Part shown: piece by piece, positions 26,448 through 35,089 of the stretch
Layout: each line of letters begins with the position of its first letter
How positions within the stretch are numbered: position 1 is the stretch's first letter
Assembly (NCBI GenBank): GCA_030633885.1
Contig: DAOWBV010000003.1
Coordinates: 1-37,954 of the forward strand
Length of the DNA: 37,954 nucleotides
Direction: 5' to 3'
From: Planctomycetota bacterium
GTDB taxonomy: Bacteria; Planctomycetota; MHYJ01; JACQXL01; CAKKQI01
Notes under the pieces: model-generated
What the model saw: the letters and a program-made list of their open reading frames with translations, nothing else
Told to the model about the DNA's origin: nothing
The model's database searches: none
Made by a program: the position numbers and the translations under genes

Positions 26448-29087
26448 ATGGGTTCGATTACTTTTATTCATCCCTGGTATTTACTCTGTTTGCCTGTCGC
26501 CTTAGTTGTTCTGTACGGGTTAACCCTTCGGCGATTGACCCGGACCCGGTCGCGGGTGATCTCATTTATTTTGCGCGGATTGGCCGTGTTGTCACTTCTG
26601 GCTGTGCTCAGCGGGTTGGAAATAAAAGCGACCAGTCCAAATCTTTGCCGCATTTATTTGCTCGATAATTCCGGTAGTATCTTTCTTGATCAAACCGCTG
26701 TCCTGGACGCGATCCACAAAAATATCAGATCATTAAAACCATTAGACCGGGTTGGTCTGGTGGTTTTCGGCCGGGAGGCGTTGATCGAAGTGATGCCGGT
26801 TCCGATAAGTGAGTTTCCGGTTCGGGACACGCTTTCTGCCCGGGTCAATCCGCTCGGAACGGATCTGGGCTCGGCCCTGCTTTTGGCTTTGAACACTTTC
26901 CCGTCCGGTTATCAAAAGGAATTAGTTCTTTTAAGCGATGGACGCTCGACGCAAGGCGATCTGAGATCGGTCCAGGCGGAATTATTAAAACAGGGAGTAA
27001 CGGTTTTTGTCCGGCCGATCGGACCGTCCGGCTTGCGGGATATCCGGATGGTGGATTTTCATTGCCCGCCATCGGTCGCTCCGGCGGAACCGGTCGAGGC
27101 GCGTTTGATTTTGAGCAGCACTGAAGATACCAAAGCGACGGTATATTTTTATATTGACGGAAAACTGCAAAAGGAATTAAACGAGGTTGCCCTGCCGCGA
27201 GCGAAACAGACTTACCTGACAGTGCAGTTACCGCCGCTGGTTAATGCCGTTCAGGAATATGAGGTCCGGGTGGCAACTGATCTTTTTGAAGAGTCATGCC
27301 GGGAGAACAATTATGGTCGGGCGGTCGTCCAGCGGACCGGGCCGGTATCAATCCTGTATTTATCCGGGATGCCCGGTGAAAATAATCTGGAGAAGATCAT
27401 TGACGGTTTGAGTAATTCCGAAAACGGCATTTCCCCGCCTGAGAGCCCGCTTAACGGCCAGACCGGCGGGGCAAGTTGGCAGACGACCACCCTGCCGGCC
27501 GGGTCAACGGCCCTGCGCAATTTATCTTTATACGATCTTTTGGTCTTGGATAATGTTCCGGTATATGTTTTCGAAAAAAATGATCTTGCCCGGATAAAAA
27601 ACTTTGTCGGGACGAACGGCGGCGGTTGCTTGATGCTGGGCGGTCCGGACAGTTTCGCGTTGGGTGGTTATCGTGATTCCGTTTTAGAAGAGATCTCCCC
27701 GGTCTGGGCGGCGCCGAAACATAATATCGCGTTGGGCCTGGTGTTGGATAAATCAGGGAGTATGGCCGAAAATGCCGCGGAGAATAAAACTAGATTTCAG
27801 GTAATGCGGGAAGCGCTGGGCGAGATTCTTCCATTATTGGATAAGAACGATCAATTGTTGGTGGTTCTTTTCAGTGAAGATTTCGAAGTGGCCTATCCGT
27901 TACAGCCGGTCCGGCCGGGATTGATTCGCCAGACGTTAAATGAACGATTAAAAAAAGTTTCTCCTCTGGGGGCGACGGTCATTCTGGCTCCGATTACTAA
28001 ACAGACTTTACCGGACCTGAAAAAAGCCACGGCTGAGCGGAAACATATTATTTTACTTTCCGACGGTGAGAGTACCGGCGGCGAAGTGTTGAAAGATTTT
28101 CAGGCAACGGCCCGGCAGTTGGCGGAAGCCGGGATAACGATCTCCGTGCTGGCGACGGGCACGCAGGTGAACGAAACGTTTCTGCAGGCGCTTTGTCAGG
28201 ACCAAAAAGGCGGTCGGTTTTATCGGATCGCGGATATTAATCGGTTACGTGATTTCTTGCGTCAGGACCTGGCTTTTCATAAAGAGCTGGTTAAAGAAGA
28301 TGAAAATATTAAAATCAGGATCATCCATTCCGAAGATGTTTTAAAAGATATTGGTCGACTGCCTGATCTCCAGGGTTATCAGCGGACGTCATTAAAGGAA
28401 CGGGCGCGATTATTGGGCGCGACGTCGGATAATGATCCGATCCTGGCTGCCTGGCAATATGGTCAGGGGAAAGTACTGGCGTTTACTTCTTCCCTTGATT
28501 ACAGTTGGGGCCGGCCCTGGCGGGACTGGACGGATTCCGCGAAATTGTGGGGTCAAACTTTACGATGGTTAACACCGGTAATAAAAAATAATGAAGATAT
28601 CAAAATAAATACTTCAGTTCAGAATAATCAGAGGATAAAAATAGTTATCCAGAGTGAAAAATTTGACGCTGATCAAGGTTTTCAGGTGACGATCACATCC
28701 GCGGGTCGGGAAAAATCAGTTCTGGAGATACCGCCGGTGTCGGCGGGCCGTTTTGAGTTGGTCACGTCGCCGTTTCCGGCCGGGGTTTATTTTATTTCAG
28801 TGGCCGGATCAGATAACATTGGTTTTGTTAAACGACTGGCGGTGGTGATCCCTTATTCCGTCGAGTGGCAGAGATTTGAACCTGATTTACCCAAGTTGAA
28901 AAACTTAGCGGTCGGTACCGGCGGCCGGTTGGTTCGTTCTCTGTCGCAAATCAGGTCGTCGTCCCGGCCATTGCCGGAGATGAGTCAGACTAACCAAAAG
29001 ATCGATTGGTTTTTTATCGGGTTGGCATTATTTTTTATTCTAGGTGATTTTTTTCTGCAGACACCGTTGTTTCGAAGTAAGATGTAG
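26448..29087 (+). CDS. large membrane-anchored double-vWA protein with a GATase1-like domain
   Basis: N-terminal TMs; MIDAS DNSGS...SDG and DKSGS...SDG; YDLLVLDNVP, MLGGPDSF..GGY, PILAAWQYGQGKVLAFTS; C-terminal TM. Confidence 0.85.
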   Translation: MGSITFIHPWYLLCLPVALVVLYGLTLRRLTRTRSRVISFILRGLAVLSLLAVLSGLEIKATSPNLCRIYLLDNSGSIFLDQTAVLDAIHKNIRSLKPLDRVGLVVFGREALIEVMPVPISEFPVRDTLSARVNPLGTDLGSALLLALNTFPSGYQKELVLLSDGRSTQGDLRSVQAELLKQGVTVFVRPIGPSGLRDIRMVDFHCPPSVAPAEPVEARLILSSTEDTKATVYFYIDGKLQKELNEVALPRAKQTYLTVQLPPLVNAVQEYEVRVATDLFEESCRENNYGRAVVQRTGPVSILYLSGMPGENNLEKIIDGLSNSENGISPPESPLNGQTGGASWQTTTLPAGSTALRNLSLYDLLVLDNVPVYVFEKNDLARIKNFVGTNGGGCLMLGGPDSFALGGYRDSVLEEISPVWAAPKHNIALGLVLDKSGSMAENAAENKTRFQVMREALGEILPLLDKNDQLLVVLFSEDFEVAYPLQPVRPGLIRQTLNERLKKVSPLGATVILAPITKQTLPDLKKATAERKHIILLSDGESTGGEVLKDFQATARQLAEAGITISVLATGTQVNETFLQALCQDQKGGRFYRIADINRLRDFLRQDLAFHKELVKEDENIKIRIIHSEDVLKDIGRLPDLQGYQRTSLKERARLLGATSDNDPILAAWQYGQGKVLAFTSSLDYSWGRPWRDWTDSAKLWGQTLRWLTPVIKNNEDIKINTSVQNNQRIKIVIQSEKFDADQGFQVTITSAGREKSVLEIPPVSAGRFELVTSPFPAGVYFISVAGSDNIGFVKRLAVVIPYSVEWQRFEPDLPKLKNLAVGTGGRLVRSLSQIRSSSRPLPEMSQTNQKIDWFFIGLALFFILGDFFLQTPLFRSKM
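27433..27475 (-). repeat. CTTG-foot hairpin within the vWA gene
   Basis: Minus strand CTTG CCCCGCC (25 nt) GGCGGGG; first 11 nt identical to the menG insert; lies in a Pro/Gly-rich linker (ISPPESPLNGQTGGAS). Confidence 0.55.
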
Positions 29088-29165
29088 CTGCGACCCTTGT
29101 GGTCGCTTTTTATTTTTATGATAATAAATCATGTTGTTATAGGCGGGGTCAAGCCCCGCAGCTAC
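29084..29165. repeat. GTAG-foot REP doublet bridging two genes
   Basis: GTAG CT GCGACC CTTGT GGTCGC ... GCGGGG TCAAG CCCCGC AG CTAC; its TAG is the vWA stop and the right arm lies inside the next ORF. Confidence 0.88.
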
Positions 29166-30068
29166 TATTATATAATTGCAGTTGCTTTCATTATGGTAAT
29201 TGCCTTTTGTTTTATCGGGGGTTGCCAGCGACCACCTTTATATCGTGAAGGCTGGGCGGTCCCGCCGCCGCCTCGGGCGGAACTGCCGCCGATCTCTTCT
29301 GATCAGTGCAGCGCCAACTGCGTCTTAGTGGTCCGGGCGACCGAATCGCCTCATGAAATTGACCAGGTCAGGGGGTTAAAAATTATCGCCCAACGTTTAG
29401 ACCTGAACTTGCATGATCAATTACATCTGATCGAAGCCACAGTTGCTCTGGAAATGTTCGGGATCGATCCGGTTTTTATGGAGCTGGCCAAAAATCCTTA
29501 TTTGAGAGAAACGGCCCGGGGCTATCTGCTGAATTACGCGGACCGGGTCACCGGCGCTTTTCGGCAATCATTAGTTGAGCAATTGATCATTAACCGGGGC
29601 GTGCCGGACCGCTTGACCCCGATGGAAAAATTCGTAATCCGATACTTTGAACTGACTGATAATCAGGTTTTTGACCACCACCGACAGGGTTACGCGGCTG
29701 GGGAGATTATCACAATTTACTGGCTGGCGAAGACCGGCCGGCAAAAACCGAAAAAAATTATTCAATGGCGGCAAAAAGGGCTTTGGTGGCAGGAGATCAT
29801 CGAGAAAAAATTAAAATTGTCGCTGGATATCCTGAAAATAGAATTACCGGTTTCGGTCCGATTTCCGGAAAAATTCCGGCGTTTTCAGGATTTTTACCGG
29901 GGTGAGATGAAAAAGCAGATCTTGACCGATGAAGAAATCATTTGGTTAATCCAACTAAAGATGTTAAACTTTTATTATGACCGGGCGGTTGAAGATATGA
30001 TAAGCAACCTGGCGCAGGACAAGAACTTTGATGATATGGTTCTGACGGCGGAAAGAAAACCGAAGTGA
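29118..30068 (+). CDS. hypothetical lipoprotein
   Basis: Hydrophobic signal ending FIGGC, Pro-rich linker, helical body; ATG at 29118 preferred to the TTG in the REP. Confidence 0.7.
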   Translation: MIINHVVIGGVKPRSYYYIIAVAFIMVIAFCFIGGCQRPPLYREGWAVPPPPRAELPPISSDQCSANCVLVVRATESPHEIDQVRGLKIIAQRLDLNLHDQLHLIEATVALEMFGIDPVFMELAKNPYLRETARGYLLNYADRVTGAFRQSLVEQLIINRGVPDRLTPMEKFVIRYFELTDNQVFDHHRQGYAAGEIITIYWLAKTGRQKPKKIIQWRQKGLWWQEIIEKKLKLSLDILKIELPVSVRFPEKFRRFQDFYRGEMKKQILTDEEIIWLIQLKMLNFYYDRAVEDMISNLAQDKNFDDMVLTAERKPK

Positions 30069-30111
30069 AACCGCGGATTATGCCGATGAGGCAGATTAAG
30101 GAGAGGGGAAG

Positions 30112-30795
30112 ATGCAAAAGATGATGAGTCTGGGCGGAGTGCTCCTGTTTTGTGTGGTTATGATTTTATTTGTTTCCTGTCAATCCGGTAAGACACCTGG
30201 TGCGGTGGGGACAGATGGTTCGTTATTGGGTCCGGAGGGCATCAAGGAAGATTATAAAAATATGGTTCCGCCGGTGGGTGTATCTTTGATCGCCGGGGTC
30301 GGCTACAAGGCCGACCAGGAAACGCTTGATAAGATCAAACAGAGTCTCAAAAGGTTTGCGCAACTTTTATGCTCGGATACTTACGGCAATATGTATCTCA
30401 AAAAAGCCATCGTACGCAACAACAGTAAGGAATCTTACATTCATTTTGAAAAATTGGCAAAGTTAGGCGGCCACGCGAGATTCGGCGGGACGTTCACCGT
30501 TAATACTAATTTGCTTGATCTGGATAAAAGAACCGGCCAGGCCGGTATGGGGATCAGGGTTTTGGGGGCCGGTATCATGCATGAGTTCGGGCACTCGATG
30601 CTTTTACTCAAGGATGAGTACGGGACCAAGCGCAAATGCGTGATGCATCCGCAGAGCCGGACGACCACTTTCTGTCCGAGTTGTCATGAAGAATTACTGA
30701 GCCGGTTTACTAATTGGAAATTCCCGGTTCAAGCGAAACGGGCGGACTGGCTTAAGAAGAATAACGTTCCGGAACCGGTGATAATTATAAAATAG
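30112..30795 (+). CDS. lipoprotein zinc metallopeptidase, CLCA-protease-like
   Basis: Lipobox LFVSC; HEFGH-x5-KDEY, then C-V-M and FC..CH; AGGAGAGG RBS. Confidence 0.7.
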   Translation: MQKMMSLGGVLLFCVVMILFVSCQSGKTPGAVGTDGSLLGPEGIKEDYKNMVPPVGVSLIAGVGYKADQETLDKIKQSLKRFAQLLCSDTYGNMYLKKAIVRNNSKESYIHFEKLAKLGGHARFGGTFTVNTNLLDLDKRTGQAGMGIRVLGAGIMHEFGHSMLLLKDEYGTKRKCVMHPQSRTTTFCPSCHEELLSRFTNWKFPVQAKRADWLKKNNVPEPVIIIK

Positions 30796-30800
30796 AAAAG

Positions 30801-32252
30801 TTATCCCAGGTGTTTAGTTAATAATTCTTTAACTTTTTGCGGGTTGGCTTTTCCCTGGCTGGCCCGCATGACTTGGCCGACCAGAGCCATGATGGCCGAT
30901 TTTTTGCCGCCTTTATAATCAGCTACGATCTTCTGATTATTTTTAATAACTTCTTCAATGATCGGTTCAAGTGCGTTTTTATCTGATACCTGCTCTAATC
31001 CTTTTTCCTTGATAATATTTCGGGCTGTTTTACCGGAGGTGAACATTTCGTCAAGCACTACTCCGCTCATTGTGGAAACAATTGTTTTTTTATCCAATTC
31101 GTTCGCTAAACTAACTAAGTTTTCCGGTGGTACTTTCCGGGTAAATTCGGAAAACTCTATTTTTTGTTTATTAATTATTTTGAATACAGGTCCCAGGGTA
31201 AGATTTGTAACGGAAGCAAGGGTTACATTTTGTTCCTTTGCTTTCAATAGTGCTTGTTCAGTATAATCAATAATAATTTTTTCTTGTGTTAGAACGTTAG
31301 CTTCATAATTGGATATTCCATACTGAGTGATGAGACGACTGCGTCGTGCTTCAGGAAGCTCAGGCATTGTTTTTCTTATGTCCGCCAGCCATTTTTCATC
31401 GATCCTGATCGGTTCCAGGTCCGGTTCTGGAAAATAACGGTAATCATGCGCCCCTTCTTTGGAACGCATGGACCTGGTAACTTCTTTGGCTTCATCCCAG
31501 AGACGCGTTTCCTGGATGATCCGTTCGCCCTTCTCTAAAAGTTCGGCTTGGCGCTTGGCTTCATAGGCCAGGGCTTTGCTGACGAATTTAAATGAGTTCA
31601 AATTTTTTATTTCTGATTTGACACCCAGTTCTTTCTTCCCTTTGGGCCGCAACGATAAATTCGCGTCACAGCGCAGGGTTCCCTTTTCCATATCGCAGTC
31701 CGAAACACCCAGATACCTCATTATTTCTTTAAGCGAGGTCAGATAAGCGTGGGCCTCTTCGGGTGAATTCATGTCGGGCTCACTGACGATCTCCATCAAG
31801 GGCATGCCGGTCCGGTTGAGATCAACCAGGCTGTACTGGGATTCTTTTTCTTCCGGATGGATCAGCTTACCAGCATCTTCTTCCAGGTGGACTCGGGTGA
31901 TACCGACCCGTTTGGTTTTTCCGTCGACCTTAATATCCAGATAGCCGTCATGGGAAAAAGGGATATCGTATTGGGATATCTGATAGTTTTTAGGCAAGTC
32001 GGGGTAATAATAATGTTTTCGGTCAAATTTGGTGAAGTCAGCGATTTGGCAATTTAAGGCCAGGGCGGCCTTGAGGGCGTATTCAAAGGACTGTTTATTT
32101 ATGACCGGTAAAACGCCGGGCAGTCCCAGGCAGACCGGGCAGACCTGTGTGTTCTGCCGGGCTCCAAACCCCGTTAGACAGCCGCAAAACATCTTGGATT
32201 TTGTTTTCAGCTGAACGTGGACTTCAAGACCGATAATTATTTCATATCCCAT
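30801..32252 (-). CDS. gatB: Asp/Glu-tRNA amidotransferase subunit B
   Basis: IGLEVHVQL, CPVCLGLPG.LP, YPDLPKNYQISQ, HLEEDAGK, RCDAN.S, DYRYFPEPDL. Confidence 0.98.
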   Translation of the reverse strand: MGYEIIIGLEVHVQLKTKSKMFCGCLTGFGARQNTQVCPVCLGLPGVLPVINKQSFEYALKAALALNCQIADFTKFDRKHYYYPDLPKNYQISQYDIPFSHDGYLDIKVDGKTKRVGITRVHLEEDAGKLIHPEEKESQYSLVDLNRTGMPLMEIVSEPDMNSPEEAHAYLTSLKEIMRYLGVSDCDMEKGTLRCDANLSLRPKGKKELGVKSEIKNLNSFKFVSKALAYEAKRQAELLEKGERIIQETRLWDEAKEVTRSMRSKEGAHDYRYFPEPDLEPIRIDEKWLADIRKTMPELPEARRSRLITQYGISNYEANVLTQEKIIIDYTEQALLKAKEQNVTLASVTNLTLGPVFKIINKQKIEFSEFTRKVPPENLVSLANELDKKTIVSTMSGVVLDEMFTSGKTARNIIKEKGLEQVSDKNALEPIIEEVIKNNQKIVADYKGGKKSAIMALVGQVMRASQGKANPQKVKELLTKHLG

Positions 32253-32272
32253 AATTTTATCCGATTCATTCG

Positions 32273-33733
32273 CTAAATCCGCGGTTTAGTTTTATGAAAT
32301 TCCGTTTTCTGCTCAAACGCGTAAGCTGTCTGCAGAAGCGTAGTCTCATCAAACGGCCTGCCTAATATTTGCAGGCCAATTGGTAAACTACTTTTAGTAA
32401 ATCCACAAGGGATTGATATCCCCGGCAGTCCGGCCAGGTTGGTGGTAACGGTAAAGACATCGCAGAGGTACATCTGGAGTGGATTAGCCGCTTTTTCTCC
32501 GAATTTGAAGGCCGGGATGGGCGAAGTTGGTCCCATGATGACATCGACCTTCTTAAAGGCTTCGTCAAAATCCTGTTTGATCAATTGCCGCACCTTTAAG
32601 GCCCTTAAGTAATAAGCATCGTAATATCCACTGGAGAGCGAAAATGTACCGAGCATGATCCGGCGTTTGACCTCATCGCCGAATCCTTCGCTTCGGCTCT
32701 GGCTATACATATCTATTAAGCCTTTAGAACTCTTTGTTTGATGACCATAGTGAATACCGTCGTAACGGGCCAGGTTAGAACTGGCCTCAGAGGGCGCGAT
32801 CAGATAATAAGTGGCAATGCCGTGTTCGGTGTGAGGTAATGAAATCTGGCTGATCTCGGCGCCTAATTTTTCATATACTTTTAATCCCTGATCAATTGAT
32901 TCTTTTACTTCTTTATCCAGGCCGGCGACAAAAAATTCTTTCGGGACACCGATTTTTAAACCTTTTACGCCCCGGCTGATTTTTTCTAAATGATCAGGTG
33001 TTTCTAATGGGACCGAAGTCGAATCGGCCGGGTCCTGGCCGGCAAGCACATTCAAAAACAGTGCCGCGTCACGGACGTCTTTAGTCATTGGTCCGATCTG
33101 GTCCAGCGAAGAGGCGTAGGCGACCAATCCGTAACGGGAAACTCGGCCGTAAGTGGGCTTAAGTCCGACAATCCCGCTGAGCGCGGCCGGTTGGCGGATG
33201 GAACCGCCGGTATCCGAACCCAGAGCAAGAAAGGCCAGGTCAGCGGCGATCGCCGCGGCTGAACCGCCGCTGGAGCCGCCCGGAACCCGGGCCGGATCCC
33301 AGGGGTTACGGCTCGGGCCGAAGGCGGAATTTTCCGTGGATGACCCCATGGCGAATTCGTCGAGGTTGGTTTTGCCGATAATAATACCGTCTTCTTCTTT
33401 GATCCGTTTGACCACGGAAGCATCATAAGGCGGGATAAAATTATTTAATATTTTTGAAGCGCAGGTGGTTTTAATTCCTTCCGTGCACAGATTATCTTTA
33501 AGGGCGATGGGGATACCGGCTAATTGGCCGGTTTTTTCATTGCGGGCGATCTTTTCATCTATCTTTTTGGCTTGCGCTAAAGCGGATTCCTTGTTCAGAG
33601 TCAGGTAGGCCTTGATCTTCGGTTCGACCTCGTCTATCCGCTTGAATAAATCCTCGGTTACTTCAACGGATTTGATTTCCTTCTTGAGAACCAGTTCTTT
33701 AATTTCGGAAGCGGTTTTTTTATACAAGTCCAT
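32273..33733 (-). CDS. gatA: Asp/Glu-tRNA amidotransferase subunit A
   Basis: [57 protein letters not shown]; ATG at 33733 just after the radC stop. Confidence 0.98.
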   Translation of the reverse strand: MDLYKKTASEIKELVLKKEIKSVEVTEDLFKRIDEVEPKIKAYLTLNKESALAQAKKIDEKIARNEKTGQLAGIPIALKDNLCTEGIKTTCASKILNNFIPPYDASVVKRIKEEDGIIIGKTNLDEFAMGSSTENSAFGPSRNPWDPARVPGGSSGGSAAAIAADLAFLALGSDTGGSIRQPAALSGIVGLKPTYGRVSRYGLVAYASSLDQIGPMTKDVRDAALFLNVLAGQDPADSTSVPLETPDHLEKISRGVKGLKIGVPKEFFVAGLDKEVKESIDQGLKVYEKLGAEISQISLPHTEHGIATYYLIAPSEASSNLARYDGIHYGHQTKSSKGLIDMYSQSRSEGFGDEVKRRIMLGTFSLSSGYYDAYYLRALKVRQLIKQDFDEAFKKVDVIMGPTSPIPAFKFGEKAANPLQMYLCDVFTVTTNLAGLPGISIPCGFTKSSLPIGLQILGRPFDETTLLQTAYAFEQKTEFHKTKPRI

Positions 33734-33735
33734 GA

Positions 33736-34449
33736 TCAAATCAATTTTTCCTTTTTCATACTGAAACAATCATTTTTGCCGACGATGACATGGTCTAAAA
33801 CGTCGATCTTAAATATTTTGGCGGCTTTCATTAGATTGCGGGTGACCTGGAGATCATCATCGGAAGGCGAAGGATCGCCGGAGGGATGATTATGGACAAA
33901 GATGACCGCGGCGGCGCTGGCTTTGATGGCCGGTCGAAAAACTTCCCGCGGTTCGACCAGACTGGCATTCAGCGTGCCTTCGGATATTTTTTCATCTTTG
34001 ATGATCTTATTGCGTGAATTTAACATGATGACATAAAAATGTTCTTTCTTTTTATCTTTAAGCTTAGTTTTCATATATTCGTTGACAGTATCAGGTGAAC
34101 AGAGCACGGGGTTTTTTCGGGACGATTTTATCTGGTCGGGTAAGCGGTTCAATTTTTTATTCAAGGTAAAGGCGGCCCGGATTTGGGCGGCCTTGGCCGG
34201 GCCGATCCCTTTGACTTTTTTTAATTCGGGGAAGGAAGCATCGGCGATCCCCTGCAGGTTACCGAATTCGCTCAGGAGTCGCTGGGCAGTGACCATGACT
34301 GATTCACCCCGGGTTCCCTGTCCCAAAATAATGGCGAGTAATTCTTGCGCGGAAAGGTTCTCGGCGCCCAGGTTCTGCAGCCGTTCCCGGGGCCGTTCCG
34401 AGGCCGGCAGGTCGCGAATGGTAAACGATTTTTTTCTATCTTTTGGCAT
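33736..34449 (-). CDS. radC: RadC/JAB-domain protein
   Basis: ERPRERL...GA..LS..ELLAI.L, Hh[41 protein letters not shown]. Confidence 0.95.
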   Translation of the reverse strand: MPKDRKKSFTIRDLPASERPRERLQNLGAENLSAQELLAIILGQGTRGESVMVTAQRLLSEFGNLQGIADASFPELKKVKGIGPAKAAQIRAAFTLNKKLNRLPDQIKSSRKNPVLCSPDTVNEYMKTKLKDKKKEHFYVIMLNSRNKIIKDEKISEGTLNASLVEPREVFRPAIKASAAAVIFVHNHPSGDPSPSDDDLQVTRNLMKAAKIFKIDVLDHVIVGKNDCFSMKKEKLI

Positions 34450-34464
34450 TTTTATTTTTACAGG

Positions 34465-34494
34465 CTTGCCCTCCGAAGCTTTAGCGAAGGAGGG
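34465..34494 (+). repeat. CTTG-foot hairpin (GAAGCTTTAGCG core)
   Basis: CTTG CCCTCC GAAGCTTTAGCGAA GGAGGG; compensatory stem changes relative to 7106-7135. Confidence 0.78.
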
Positions 34495-34501
34495 TCACCC
34501 A

Positions 34502-34789
34502 TTATTCGATTACCCTCGGCACCTTAAAAAATCCCTTGGTTTGTTCCGGGGCGTTGCTCAGGGCTTGCTCACGTGTCAAGGAAGGTTTATTTTCATCCGG
34601 GCGAAAGACGTTATGCTGGTCAAAAGTATGGACCAGCGGTTCGATTTTGTTGATATCAACGCTTTTGACTTTTTCCACGTATTCCAGGATTTTGGAGAAT
34701 TGGCCGATAAAGATCTTTTTCTGCTGGTCGGTGAACTTGAGTCGGCCCAGGGCGGCGATATGATCGATCTGTTTTTCGTCGACTTTCAT
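34502..34789 (-). CDS. gatC: Asp/Glu-tRNA amidotransferase subunit C
   Basis: HIA.LGRL, IL.YVE....VD...IEP, FRPDE, AL.NAP....GFFKVPRVIE. Confidence 0.95.
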   Translation of the reverse strand: MKVDEKQIDHIAALGRLKFTDQQKKIFIGQFSKILEYVEKVKSVDINKIEPLVHTFDQHNVFRPDENKPSLTREQALSNAPEQTKGFFKVPRVIE

Positions 34790-34867
34790 AATAAATTTCC
34801 TTCAAAAATTTATGTCATATAATAACAAAAACTTCCGATTATGCCACAAAATTTTAGCGAGTTTTTT

Positions 34868-34895
34868 TTGACCCCGTTAGAAATTACAGTATAAT
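34868..34895 (+). promoter_or_regulatory. candidate sigma70 promoter for the NSS transporter
   Basis: TTGACC-16 nt-TATAAT; the -35 straddles the left end of the inverted-repeat element. Confidence 0.6.
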
Positions 34896-35029
34896 ATGCA
34901 ATAAGTATAAACGCGTGCGAATAATCTTTTGGGTTATTAAAAGGCAATAAACATATTTAACGGTCGTCTTATCCGCCAAAGGACGGATCAGTCCTTCGGC
35001 TGAAGACGACCTGTTTCTAAAGGGGCAAG
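34872..35029 (-). mobile_element. MITE-like long member of the CTTG-foot family with nested hairpins
   Basis: Ends CCCCGTTAGAAA / TTTCTAAAGGGG-CAAG (1 mismatch); internal GGTCGTCTT...AAGACGACC stem enclosing two small hairpins. Confidence 0.55.
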
Positions 35030-35089
35030 CCCCGCTGAAGATAATTAATACTTAAATCCGGCTGTTAAATTTTTATAGGAGATTAAACC

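Noticed and set aside
34896-35089. Lysine, SAM, glycine or T-box riboswitch ahead of the NSS transporter
   Set aside because: None of the conserved motifs is recognisable and there is no terminator U-tract; the structure is explained by nested repeats, though an Rfam scan is still advisable
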